DNA from: Gammaproteobacteria bacterium
GTDB taxonomy: Bacteria; Pseudomonadota; Gammaproteobacteria; Xanthomonadales; Wenzhouxiangellaceae
Reading direction: 5' to 3'
Length of the DNA: 58,324 bases
NCBI GenBank assembly: GCA_003560975.1
Contig: PWJA01000017.1
Coordinates: forward strand, 1-58,324
In this document: positions 18,924 to 26,985 of the stretch, piece after piece
How positions within the stretch are numbered: the stretch's first letter is position 1
Layout of the letters: every line of letters starts with the position of its first letter
The notes under the pieces: generated by a model
Seen by the model: the letters and a program-made list of their open reading frames with translations, nothing else
What the model was told of the DNA's origin: nothing
Database searches by the model: none
Program-made: the position numbers and the translations under genes

Positions 18924-21380
18924 TCAGCGGCGCTTGACGCCGTCGCGCGCCGGCGCGGTCAACGGGTCTTCCGGCCACGGGTGCTTCGGGTAGCGTCCGC
19001 GCATGTCCTTGCGCACGTCCGGATAGGCGTTGCGCCAGAAGCTGGCCAGATCGGCGGTCACCGCCAGCGGCCGACCCGCCGGCGAGAGCAGGTGCAGGAC
19101 GACCGGCAACCGGCCTTCGGCCACCTTCGGCGTGGCCGTCCAGCCGAATACGCTTTGCAGCTTGGTCGCCAGTACGGGGCCGCCCTCGGCCCGGTAGTCG
19201 AGCGCAACCCTGCGACCGGTCGGAATCGTCAGCGCCGAGGGCGCCAGCTGCTCGAGCAGCGACCAGCGCACGGGCTCGATCCGGGTCTTGAGTACCCCGA
19301 GCAGGTCCAGACGGGCGACGTCGTGCCAGCTGCGCGCGCCGGCCAGGAACGGGCCCAGCCAGTCTTCCAGCGAACACAGCAGGCTGGCGTCGTCGACGGC
19401 CGGCCAATCGTCGGGCCACAAGTGCTGCAGGCAGGCGACCCGCGCCTGCCACTGCCGCGCGGTGTCGGTCCAGGGCAGGGCATCCAGGCCCTTGCTGCGA
19501 ACCGCGGCCAGCAGTCCGGCCTCGAGCACGGCCGGGCCGGGCTCGGCCAGCTCGGTTTCTTCCAGCACCAACTCACCGAGCCGGCGCTGCCGACGAGCGA
19601 CGACGCGCCCGCGCCGCTCGTCCCAGTCGGCCCGATTCTCGACCCGGATGCGCGCGCCCAGGGTCCGTTCGATCCCGGCCGGATCGATGGTCGCGGCCAG
19701 GAAGATTCGCGCCTCGCGCGCCTGACCGTCCAGCTCGGCGGCGACCAGCCAGTGCGCGCCGGCGAGCGGGTCGTCCTCGGGCAAAAACGCTCCGCGGCCG
19801 TTGCTCAGGACGAAGCGCCCGCGCCCACCCCGGGCCTGGGCCACGCGGTCGGGAAAGGCCAGGGCCAGCAGCTCGCCAATCGAACAGCCGTTGCCGCCGC
19901 GATCCTCCCCGCTTCGCTGCAGTGCGGCGGCCAGTTGGCGGGCCGTCTTCAGCCGCCCCGGAGAGATCCGCGCATGACCGTTTTCCAGCGCTTCCACGCG
20001 CAGCGCCAGGTCACTGCCTGCTCCGCGCGGCAGCAGGTCGCGGTCGCTGAGCAGGGCAGCCAGGGCGGCGGCCAGGCGCCCGGATCCGCGTTCGCGCCCG
20101 CGCACCAGCAGGTGGGCCAGGCGCGGATGCAGCCCGGGCGCGAGCAGGGCGCGGCCGTGGGCGGTGATGCGGCGCTCATCGTCGAGGGCTTCGAGCAGGC
20201 CCAGAAGATCCACCGCCTGGGCCCAGTGCGAAGCCGGCGGCGGATCCAGCCAGGTCAGTTCGTTCGGATCGCCCGTTCCCCAGCAGGCCAGTTCCAGGAC
20301 CACGGGCGCCAGGTCGGCCTGCTGGATCTCCGGCGGGGTGTGCGGCTGCAGCCGGGCCTGCTCGGCCTCGCTCCACAGGCGGTAACACACCCCGTCTTCG
20401 AGCCGGCCCGCGCGTCCGGCGCGTTGTTCGGCCGAAGCGCGCGACACGCGTTCGGTGATCAGCCGACTCATGCCCGAATTCGGGTCGAAGCAGGCCCGAC
20501 GCTGCTGGCCGGCATCGACCACAACGCGAATGCCCTCGATGGTCAGGCTGGACTCGGCGATGGCCGTGGCCAGCACGACCTTGCGCGTGCCGGCCGCTGC
20601 CGGTGCGATGGCCGCGTCCTGGGCCTCGGGTCGCATCTGGCCGTACAGCGGGCACAGCCGCACGTCCTCCGGCAGCTGTGTTTCCAGGGCGTTCGCCGCG
20701 CGCCGGATTTCGCCGGCCCCGGGCAGGAACGCCAGGACCGAGCCGGTCTCGTCTGCCAGCGCCTGCAGGACGATCGAAACCACATGGTCCGGCAGCGCCC
20801 GGCCGCGCGCCGGCGGCCGGTAGCGCAGTTCGACCGGGAAGCTGCGGCCATGGGCTTCCAGCAGCGGCGGATTCTCGAGTTTCCGGCGCAGCGCGTCGAC
20901 CGCCAGCGTGGCCGACATCACCAGGATGCGCAGGTCGGGTCGGAGCGCCTGCTGCACTTCGCGGGCCAGGGCCAGACCGAGATCGGCCTGCAGCGAGCGT
21001 TCGTGGAACTCGTCGAAGATCACGCAGCCGGTGCCGTCCAGGCCCGGGTCGGACTGGATCATCCGGGTGAGGATGCCCTCGGTGACGACCTCGATCCGGG
21101 TGGCTCCCGACACGCGCGTGTCCAGCCGGGTGCGGTAGCCGACGGTCCGGCCGACCGGCTCGCCGAGCTCTTTTGCCATGAAGCGGGCGGCCGAGCGTGC
21201 CGCCAGGCGGCGTGGTTCCAGCATCAGCACCTTGTTCGTGCCGAGCCAGTTCGATTCCAGCAGGGTCGGCGGCACGCGCGTGGTCTTGCCGGCCCCGGGT
21301 GGCGCGCTCAGCAGGACGGTCGGGTCCCGGTTCAGCGTCGCCAGCAGCTCCGGCAGGAGCGGATCGATCGGGAAGCCCAT
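18924..21380 (-). CDS. hrpB: ATP-dependent RNA helicase HrpB
   Basis: APPGAGKTT, DEFHERS, MSAT, QRAGRAGR, C-terminal RGRYPKHPWPEDP. Confidence 0.96.
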   Translation of the reverse strand: MGFPIDPLLPELLATLNRDPTVLLSAPPGAGKTTRVPPTLLESNWLGTNKVLMLEPRRLAARSAARFMAKELGEPVGRTVGYRTRLDTRVSGATRIEVVTEGILTRMIQSDPGLDGTGCVIFDEFHERSLQADLGLALAREVQQALRPDLRILVMSATLAVDALRRKLENPPLLEAHGRSFPVELRYRPPARGRALPDHVVSIVLQALADETGSVLAFLPGAGEIRRAANALETQLPEDVRLCPLYGQMRPEAQDAAIAPAAAGTRKVVLATAIAESSLTIEGIRVVVDAGQQRRACFDPNSGMSRLITERVSRASAEQRAGRAGRLEDGVCYRLWSEAEQARLQPHTPPEIQQADLAPVVLELACWGTGDPNELTWLDPPPASHWAQAVDLLGLLEALDDERRITAHGRALLAPGLHPRLAHLLVRGRERGSGRLAAALAALLSDRDLLPRGAGSDLALRVEALENGHARISPGRLKTARQLAAALQRSGEDRGGNGCSIGELLALAFPDRVAQARGGRGRFVLSNGRGAFLPEDDPLAGAHWLVAAELDGQAREARIFLAATIDPAGIERTLGARIRVENRADWDERRGRVVARRQRRLGELVLEETELAEPGPAVLEAGLLAAVRSKGLDALPWTDTARQWQARVACLQHLWPDDWPAVDDASLLCSLEDWLGPFLAGARSWHDVARLDLLGVLKTRIEPVRWSLLEQLAPSALTIPTGRRVALDYRAEGGPVLATKLQSVFGWTATPKVAEGRLPVVLHLLSPAGRPLAVTADLASFWRNAYPDVRKDMRGRYPKHPWPEDPLTAPARDGVKRR

Positions 21381-21431
21381 GGCCGAAGGCGCGTCAGCGC
21401 CGATGCGGCGGCAGGTCGCGGCGTGCGCGGA

Positions 21432-21992
21432 TCAGGCGCCCTTCCACTTGATGTTGCAGCCGATCGATGGTCGCTGGTCCGCGCCGACCGGCTCGCCGGA
21501 GAGCAGGGCGTCGAGAGCGGCGCGGATGTCGCGACCGCTGACCGGGATGCCGTTGCCGGGGCGGGAGTCGTCGAGCTGGCCGCGATAGACCAGGCGCCGG
21601 TCGCCGTCGAAGACGTAGAAGTCCGGCGTGCAGGCCGCGCCGAAGGCGCGCGCGGTGTTCTGCGACTCGTCGTACAGGTAGGGAAAGGCAAACGCCATCC
21701 GCTCGGCCAGTTCGCGCATGCGTTCGGGCCGGTCCTGCGGAAAACCGGTCACGTCATTGCTGCTGATGGCGACCATGCCCACGTCGGGTCCGGCGTAGTC
21801 GCGGCCGAGGCGGGCCAGTTCGTCGAGCAGGTGCTTGACGAAGGGACAGTGGTTGCAGATGAACATCACCAGCGTGGCCCGGGTGCCGGCCACGTCGTGA
21901 TAGGTCATGGTCTGCCCGCTGACCGTGTCCGGCAGCGTGAAATCCGGGGCCGGGGTGCCCAGCGGCAGCATGGTGGAGGCGGTCTTGGCCAT
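21432..21992 (-). CDS. Thioredoxin/AhpC-TSA family protein
   Basis: FICNHCPFV, ACTPDFYVFD, YRGQLDDSRP, SIGCNIKWK. Confidence 0.92.
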   Translation of the reverse strand: MAKTASTMLPLGTPAPDFTLPDTVSGQTMTYHDVAGTRATLVMFICNHCPFVKHLLDELARLGRDYAGPDVGMVAISSNDVTGFPQDRPERMRELAERMAFAFPYLYDESQNTARAFGAACTPDFYVFDGDRRLVYRGQLDDSRPGNGIPVSGRDIRAALDALLSGEPVGADQRPSIGCNIKWKGA

Positions 21993-22051
21993 GGTGTCCT
22001 GCGATGCCTGTTGATTCCTGCGCCATTATGGCAAAGCATCCGTCGATGCGC

Positions 22052-22109
22052 GCAGGCCGCGGTCTCAGTCCTTCGGCTCGACCGGGGCTTTCCCGGCGGC
22101 CCGGACCAG
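22052..22109 (+). repeat. 58-bp direct repeat, left copy (duplicated 3' end of the MscS gene)
   Basis: gcaggccgcggtctcagtccttcggctcgaccggggctttcccggcggcccggaccag is identical to 23698-23755. Confidence 0.97.
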
Positions 22110-22476
22110 AATCTGGCCCGTTTCCATAGCGCAGGCGAGAGCGCCCGCACGGGCGCGGGTTCATCCAAGGGCTTCTTGCCTCTGGCAAACCGCCCCAGGA
22201 CGATCCAAATCGGCGCCAGACTATACCTTGGCGCGGCCGTGGATACTGCTTGAGATCGGGGAATGGGGCGCTAAAACTTCCGGCTCTTCGCGGTTTTGTG
22301 TGGTCGACCGCTTCAGGCCTTGCATCGTGCATTCCCCAAAACCGCCATTTCCACAGGCATTCGCGCCAGCCGATCAAGTCAATTTGTCCGCCCCGGCTCG
22401 ATTGTCAAGCCGCGAGACGCCGGTCCCCGATCAATGAAACGACCAAACGACGAACCGACGAACCGACTTCTCATGC

Positions 22477-22505
22477 TTGCATAAACAATGCATTTGCATT
22501 ACCAT
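22477..22505 (+). promoter_or_regulatory. Sigma70 promoter of prlF-yhaV with overlapping palindromic operator
   Basis: TTGCAT (22477-82), 17-bp spacer, TACCAT (22500-05); palindrome AATGCA-TT-TGCATT at 22487-22500. Confidence 0.7.
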
Positions 22506-22538
22506 TGCAGCCGTGCCCGAGGAACTCCCGAGACAACC

Positions 22539-22862
22539 ATGACATCCGTACTCGAAGCCGAATCCCGCCTGACCGACCGTTACCAGACCACCGTGCCCGC
22601 GTCGGTGCGCAAGGCGCTTTCGCTGAAAAAGCGCGACAGGCTGCGTTTTGTCGTGCAGCCGGACGGACAGGTCGTGCTGACGCGCGTGGTCGAGGGCGAT
22701 TCGGACGACCCCGTGCTCGGCCGATTCCTTGACTTTCTGGCCGCCGACTTGGCGAAGCATCCGGAGCGGCTGCAAGCCCTTGATGCGGAGCTCGCGGAGC
22801 GCATGGATGAGCTGGTGGGCGATATGGACGTCGATCTGGATGCCTCGCTGGCCGACGAATGA
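22539..22862 (+). CDS. prlF: Type II TA antitoxin, PrlF (SohA) family
   Basis: ESRLTDRYQTTVPASVRKAL (AbrB fold), DPVLGRFLDFLAADL, VDLDASL; ATGA overlap with the toxin. Confidence 0.93.
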   Translation: MTSVLEAESRLTDRYQTTVPASVRKALSLKKRDRLRFVVQPDGQVVLTRVVEGDSDDPVLGRFLDFLAADLAKHPERLQALDAELAERMDELVGDMDVDLDASLADE

Positions 22863-23350
22863 GTCCGGACGCCTCGGCGCCGCTGGTCGTCAACGGCTGG
22901 ACGCTGTTCGCGCACCCGCTCTTCCTCGACCAGCTCGATGCGCTGGTTCGCAAGGTCGAATCACTACGCCGCAAGGCCCCAGCCACATACAGGCAGAACA
23001 ATGCGACCAAACGCCTGGCGGCGATCCGGAAATTGATCTTCGAGGCGATTCCGCAAGACCCGTCACGCGCTGAATTCCGACAGGGAAAGACGCTGGGCGA
23101 ACAACACAAGCACTGGTTCCGGGCAAAGTTCTTTCAGCAGTACCGATTGTTTTTCCGGTACCACGCATCCAGCAAGGTCATCGTCTATGTGTGGGTCAAT
23201 GACACAAAAACGTTGCGGGCCTACGAGAGCAAGCGCGATGCTTACCGGGTTTTCCGTCAAATGCTCGACAGCGGCAATCCGCCGGATGACTGGGAGACGC
23301 TGCTTGCCGAGGCCAAGCGAACGAAAAAGCGTTTTCGGCGCGGCTCCTGA
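22859..23350 (+). CDS. yhaV: Type II TA toxin, YhaV family endoribonuclease
   Basis: VNGWTLFAHPLFLDQ, FRQGKTLG..HKHWFRAKFFQQYRLFFRY, WVND..TLRAY..DAY.VF..ML..G.PPDDW. Confidence 0.95.
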   Translation: MSPDASAPLVVNGWTLFAHPLFLDQLDALVRKVESLRRKAPATYRQNNATKRLAAIRKLIFEAIPQDPSRAEFRQGKTLGEQHKHWFRAKFFQQYRLFFRYHASSKVIVYVWVNDTKTLRAYESKRDAYRVFRQMLDSGNPPDDWETLLAEAKRTKKRFRRGS

Positions 23351-23388
23351 AAGGCTGCAAGCACCAGCGGTAGCGTACAAGCCAGGAC

Positions 23389-23674
23389 ATATATGGACGC
23401 CTCCCCCCAGTCAAGCGGTTTTTGACGGTTTTTACTTTCATCAGTCCGATTGCTCCTGTCCCTCCAAAAAAGGGCTTTCGTCGTTGGCTTGTTGCGATGA
23501 ATCAGGGGTCTGCTGACATACATTCGGGCTCTTGATGGGGGCTTTGGCTTTCCTTTAGCCCCGGCCCACCATGAGTTTCTAGATGACCCCGAGACCTAAA
23601 CAGGCAATCGGCTTTTCACCATGTCCCGGACCAGGTTCGCTCGGGGTCGGTTCAACCTGTTGTTTCATCGACTT
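23389..23674 (-). mobile_element. Remnant of an IS1111-type (IS110 family) element: right non-coding end only, no recombinase gene
   Basis: Minus strand ends CTTGACTGGGGGGAGGCGTCCATATAT (outward -35 plus sub-terminal IR ATGGACGCCTCC at 23393-23404). Upstream GATGAAACAACAGGTTGAACCG...GAACCTG...GGGCC...GCCCGAATGTATG resembles IS1111 3' non-coding regions as I recall them. The segment is AT-richer than its flanks. Confidence 0.72.
23505..23670 (-). ncRNA. Putative bridge RNA/seekRNA
   Basis: Two consecutive stem/internal-loop/hairpin units (9-bp stem 23585-93 with 23640-48; GGGGCT/AGCCCC stem). Loop sequences match the element's flank and its end. Transcript boundaries are approximate. Confidence 0.6.
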
Positions 23675-23707
23675 TCGAAGACGTAGAGGTCCGGCGTGCA
23701 GGCCGCG
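23675..23707 (+). repeat. 33-bp copy of an internal segment of the thioredoxin-family gene
   Basis: tcgaagacgtagaggtccggcgtgcaggccgcg matches 21607-21639 at 32/33 positions. Confidence 0.93.
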
Positions 23708-23755
23708 GTCTCAGTCCTTCGGCTCGACCGGGGCTTTCCCGGCGGCCCGGACCAG
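23698..23755 (+). repeat. 58-bp direct repeat, right copy (includes the MscS stop codon)
   Basis: Identical to 22052-22109. Confidence 0.97.
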
Positions 23756-24568
23756 TTCCACCGGCATGGGCTTGGTGACTTCACCGGTGTAGATCGTGCG
23801 ATGCGGGAAGGGGATCTCGATGCCGGCCTCGTCGAACGCCTGCTTGATTTCCGACGAGATCGAGTTGCGCAGGGTCAGGAAATTCTCCCTGCGCGCCCAG
23901 ACCGAGAACTGGATGTCCAGGGACGAGTCCCCGAAGCCGGTGAAAATGAACAGCGGTGCCGGTTCGTCGAGGCAGTGCACGTTGGCCTCGGCGACCGTCA
24001 TCAGGACCTCGCGCACCCGATCGAGGTTTTCCTTGTAGGCGACCCCGAGCATCAGGTCGAAGCGCCGGATCGGGAAGCGGCTCAGGGTGGTCACTTCGCT
24101 CTTGATCAGGGTCTCGTTGGGGATGCGGACGTAGAGGTTGTCCATGGTCCTCAGTTTCACCGACAGGGCGTCGATCGACAGCACCTCGCCGGTGGTGGCT
24201 CCGACCTTGATGATGTCGCCGATCTCGAAGCTGCGCTCGCTGATCAGAAACAGGCCGCTGATCAGGTTGGAGGCGGTGGTCTGGGAAGCAAAGCCGATGG
24301 CCACGGTCAGCACCCCGGCGGCCCCCATCAGGACCGCCAGACTGAAGCCCAGTTCGCGCATGGCCGAGGCCGCGAACAGGGCGAGGATGCCGTAGAACAC
24401 GGCGCGGCGGATCAGCTGCAGCACTTGCGGCGTGAGCCGCTGGCGCAGGGCGCGCTGGCTCAGCCGACTGGCCAGAGAGGCCAGGAACAGGCCGAGCACG
24501 ATCAGGATGGCGGCCCGCACCAGCGGCAGCGCCGCGCCCCAGGAGATCTGTTCCAGCCACTGGCCCAT
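23711..24568 (-). CDS. Small-conductance mechanosensitive channel, MscS family
   Basis: AIGFASQTTASNLISG, FEIGDIIKVG, IPNETL, GIEIPFPHR. ATG 24568 overlaps the upstream stop. Confidence 0.93.
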   Translation of the reverse strand: MGQWLEQISWGAALPLVRAAILIVLGLFLASLASRLSQRALRQRLTPQVLQLIRRAVFYGILALFAASAMRELGFSLAVLMGAAGVLTVAIGFASQTTASNLISGLFLISERSFEIGDIIKVGATTGEVLSIDALSVKLRTMDNLYVRIPNETLIKSEVTTLSRFPIRRFDLMLGVAYKENLDRVREVLMTVAEANVHCLDEPAPLFIFTGFGDSSLDIQFSVWARRENFLTLRNSISSEIKQAFDEAGIEIPFPHRTIYTGEVTKPMPVELVRAAGKAPVEPKD

Positions 24569-25377
24569 CAGGCGCTCCCGAACAGCAGGCTGAAGGCCCG
24601 CACCAGCCCCGAGCGGCCGGGGTTCTGGCGCGGCTTGCTCAGCAGGCTCAGTTTCCGGTTCGGCTCGGGCGGGTTGGGGTCGATGCGCACCGCCGCCAGG
24701 TCCGACTGATCCTCCCGGGTCAGGGTCACGCGCTGTGTCCACAGCATGCCGTCTTCGCTCCCGTACAGCGCCAGCATGGGAACCGGCAGGCTGATCTTTT
24801 CCAGCGGCAGTGGGGTGGCGGCCTTGTTGTGGATGTGCAGCGGCGTGATCGCCCGATGCGGTCGGTGTGGAATCTCATCGGGGTGGTGACGGGCGTGGGT
24901 CCGCCCGGCGTAGCAGATTTCGCCTTCACGGGTCGACGGCCCGAACCAGGTATCGGACAGGCGGGTAACCGGGATCTCGCGCAGCAGCGTGGCCGGTTCG
25001 CCCACGTCGATTCGGAGCCAGATCGGGGTCGACAGGTACAGGGTGACGGCCTGGCCGCTGAGCAGAAATACCGGCTGGCGCGGGCGGATGACCACGTTGC
25101 GATCGGCCAGCAGGGGCGTCAGCGTCAGGTGCCCGGACGTCCCGTTGAGAACGTGGCGTTCCTCGAACTCCGCCGGCAGGCTGCGCCGGGCCCGGATCCT
25201 CGCATTTTTGGCAACGGCCTCTTCGGCGATGGGTTCGGCGTGGATCCGCCACTCGTCCGGGCCATGGCCAAGGCGCAGGCGCAATGTGCCCAGCGTCACG
25301 TCCAGTCCGTGGCCGACGGGGACCCGGCGCGGGGTCCACCAGGGTTCGGCCTGGCGCTTGGAGGATGCGGCGGTCAT
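24568..25377 (-). CDS. Conserved hypothetical protein coupled to MscS (DUF432-like)
   Basis: 269 aa with plausible composition (LSDTWFGPSTREGEICYA). It is translationally coupled between LysR and MscS. The family call is tentative. Confidence 0.65.
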   Translation of the reverse strand: MTAASSKRQAEPWWTPRRVPVGHGLDVTLGTLRLRLGHGPDEWRIHAEPIAEEAVAKNARIRARRSLPAEFEERHVLNGTSGHLTLTPLLADRNVVIRPRQPVFLLSGQAVTLYLSTPIWLRIDVGEPATLLREIPVTRLSDTWFGPSTREGEICYAGRTHARHHPDEIPHRPHRAITPLHIHNKAATPLPLEKISLPVPMLALYGSEDGMLWTQRVTLTREDQSDLAAVRIDPNPPEPNRKLSLLSKPRQNPGRSGLVRAFSLLFGSA

Positions 25378-25386
25378 TGGCGTAGT

Positions 25387-26274
25387 TTACGCGCTGGCGG
25401 TGGCCTGGCGCAGCCGCTCGGCGAGGCTGCGCGCACCCGGTCCGGCGCTATCGGGGTCGGCGAACACCAGGTACAGGGTGGCCCAGCGCTCGGCGCCGTG
25501 CGCCAGGGGCAGGGGCTTGAGCGCGCCACCCTCGAGCTCGGAGCGGATGATGTCGGCGGCATACCAGGCAAACCCGTAGCCGCGGCACGCCGCGGCAATC
25601 GAGGTGGCCTTGGCGGTCACGGTCCAGCGCTGTTCGCTGACCCGGGGCGCTTCGGAGTCGGCTGGCTGGGTGCCGCTGTCGCGCACGACCAGGTGGCGAT
25701 GACGGCGCAGGTCGTGCCGGGTCAGCGGGCGGTTGAGCCCATGCAGGGGGTGGTCTGGAGCGGCGGCGGCAATGAAGCGTACGCGCATCAAGGGATCGCC
25801 GATGAACCCGGCCGGTATGCTGGACGCGATGGCCAGGTCGACCCGGCCGGAGGTGAGCAACTCGGCGGTGCCCCCGAGCACGGATTCGTAAAGCTGAACC
25901 CGCATCTCCGGCTGCTGGTCGGCCACCTGGGCAAGGCAATCCAGCAGCAGCCAGGTCGGAAAGATGATTTCGGCGGCAACCCGAAGTTCGGGCTCCCAGC
26001 CACCTGCGGCAACGGCTGCGGCGCGTTCGAGTCGTTCGGCCTCCTCGATCAGGGCGCGGGCGCGACGGACCAGCCCGTGGCCGGTATCGGTCAGCTCGGC
26101 CCGGCGTCCCCGGCGCTGGAAGGTCCGGATCTCCAGCAGCTGCTCGATGCGCTGGACCGCATAGCTGAGCGTGGACTGGGACTTGTTCAGCGCCGTGGCG
26201 GCCGCGGCATAGCCGCCGTGCTCTGCGACGGCAACCAGCGCGCGCCACTGTTCCAGGGTGATTTTCGGCGGCAT
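25387..26274 (-). CDS. LysR family transcriptional regulator
   Basis: ITLEQWRALVAVAEHGGYAAAATALNKSQSTLSYAVQRIE HTH; divergent from azoR-pirin. Confidence 0.95.
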   Translation of the reverse strand: MPPKITLEQWRALVAVAEHGGYAAAATALNKSQSTLSYAVQRIEQLLEIRTFQRRGRRAELTDTGHGLVRRARALIEEAERLERAAAVAAGGWEPELRVAAEIIFPTWLLLDCLAQVADQQPEMRVQLYESVLGGTAELLTSGRVDLAIASSIPAGFIGDPLMRVRFIAAAAPDHPLHGLNRPLTRHDLRRHRHLVVRDSGTQPADSEAPRVSEQRWTVTAKATSIAAACRGYGFAWYAADIIRSELEGGALKPLPLAHGAERWATLYLVFADPDSAGPGARSLAERLRQATASA

Positions 26275-26276
26275 GG

Positions 26277-26291
26277 ATCGAAAAATTCGAT
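26277..26291. promoter_or_regulatory. LysR-type operator (T-N11-A palindrome)
   Basis: ATCGAA-AAA-TTCGAT perfect inverted repeat in the AT-rich divergent spacer. Confidence 0.7.
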
Positions 26292-26375
26292 GAATATACG
26301 CCATATATTCCGCTTTTCTTTCGATAAAGGCAAAGTTATCCTGCGAGCCTTGCGTACATTGACAAGGAGAACCCC

Positions 26376-26984
26376 ATGAAAACGTTGCTCATGATCAAGT
26401 CCAGCTTGTTTGGCGGCGAAGGCCAGTCGAGCCGGCTCACCGATGCCTTCAGCGAGCGCTGGCGTGCGGCCCATCCGCACGGACAGGTACTGTGTCGTGA
26501 CCTGGCGGCCGACCCGTTGCCGCACCTGACCGAAGAAGCGTTTGCCGGGTTCCAGGTCGAGGCGGTCGAGCGCACGCCGACCCAGCAGTCGGCGGTGGCG
26601 ATGTCGGACGCCCTGATCGCCGAACTCAGGCAGGCCGATGCCGTGGTGCTTGGCCTGCCGATGTACAACTTCACCGTTCCGTCGACGTTCAAGGCCTGGA
26701 TGGACCACGTGGCCAGGGCCGGGGTGACTTTCCGTTACACCGAGTCCGGACCACAGGGCCTGCTCGATCCCAAGCCGCTGTATGTGTTCTGCGCGCGCGG
26801 CGGTCAGTACAGCGGCACCGACAACGACACCCAGAGCCGCCTGATCGAGATGTTTTTCGGCATGCTCGGCTTTACCGACATCCGATTCACCTACGCCGAG
26901 GGCCTGGCCCTGGGCGAAGAGTCCGCCACGGTCGCGCTGCAGCAGGCCCGGGAACGGCTCGACCAACTGCCGATGGCGGCCTGA
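26376..26984 (+). CDS. azoR: FMN-dependent NADH-azoreductase
   Basis: RDLAADPLPHL, PMYNFTVPSTFKAWMDHVARAGVTFRYTESGPQGL, ARGG.Y; AGGAG RBS. Confidence 0.93.
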   Translation: MKTLLMIKSSLFGGEGQSSRLTDAFSERWRAAHPHGQVLCRDLAADPLPHLTEEAFAGFQVEAVERTPTQQSAVAMSDALIAELRQADAVVLGLPMYNFTVPSTFKAWMDHVARAGVTFRYTESGPQGLLDPKPLYVFCARGGQYSGTDNDTQSRLIEMFFGMLGFTDIRFTYAEGLALGEESATVALQQARERLDQLPMAA

Positions 26985-26985
26985 G

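Noticed and set aside
18981-22253. 1090-aa plus-strand ORF, and similar long antisense ORFs (45-1580, 2280-4586, 34355-36622, 48418-50382, 51163-53472)
   Set aside because: Shadow frames antisense to clearly identifiable genes, expected in high-GC DNA, with no recognisable motifs.
23371-23390. Flank GCGTACAAGCCAGGACAT resembling a decayed terminal inverted repeat of another IS (IS481-like) used as target
   Set aside because: The resemblance is from memory and short, and no partner repeat or transposase is in the window; not supportable without a search.
22052-23755. CRISPR array or tRNA-type att site
   Set aside because: There are only two repeat copies 1.6 kb apart, derived from coding sequence; no spacers, cas genes or tRNA.
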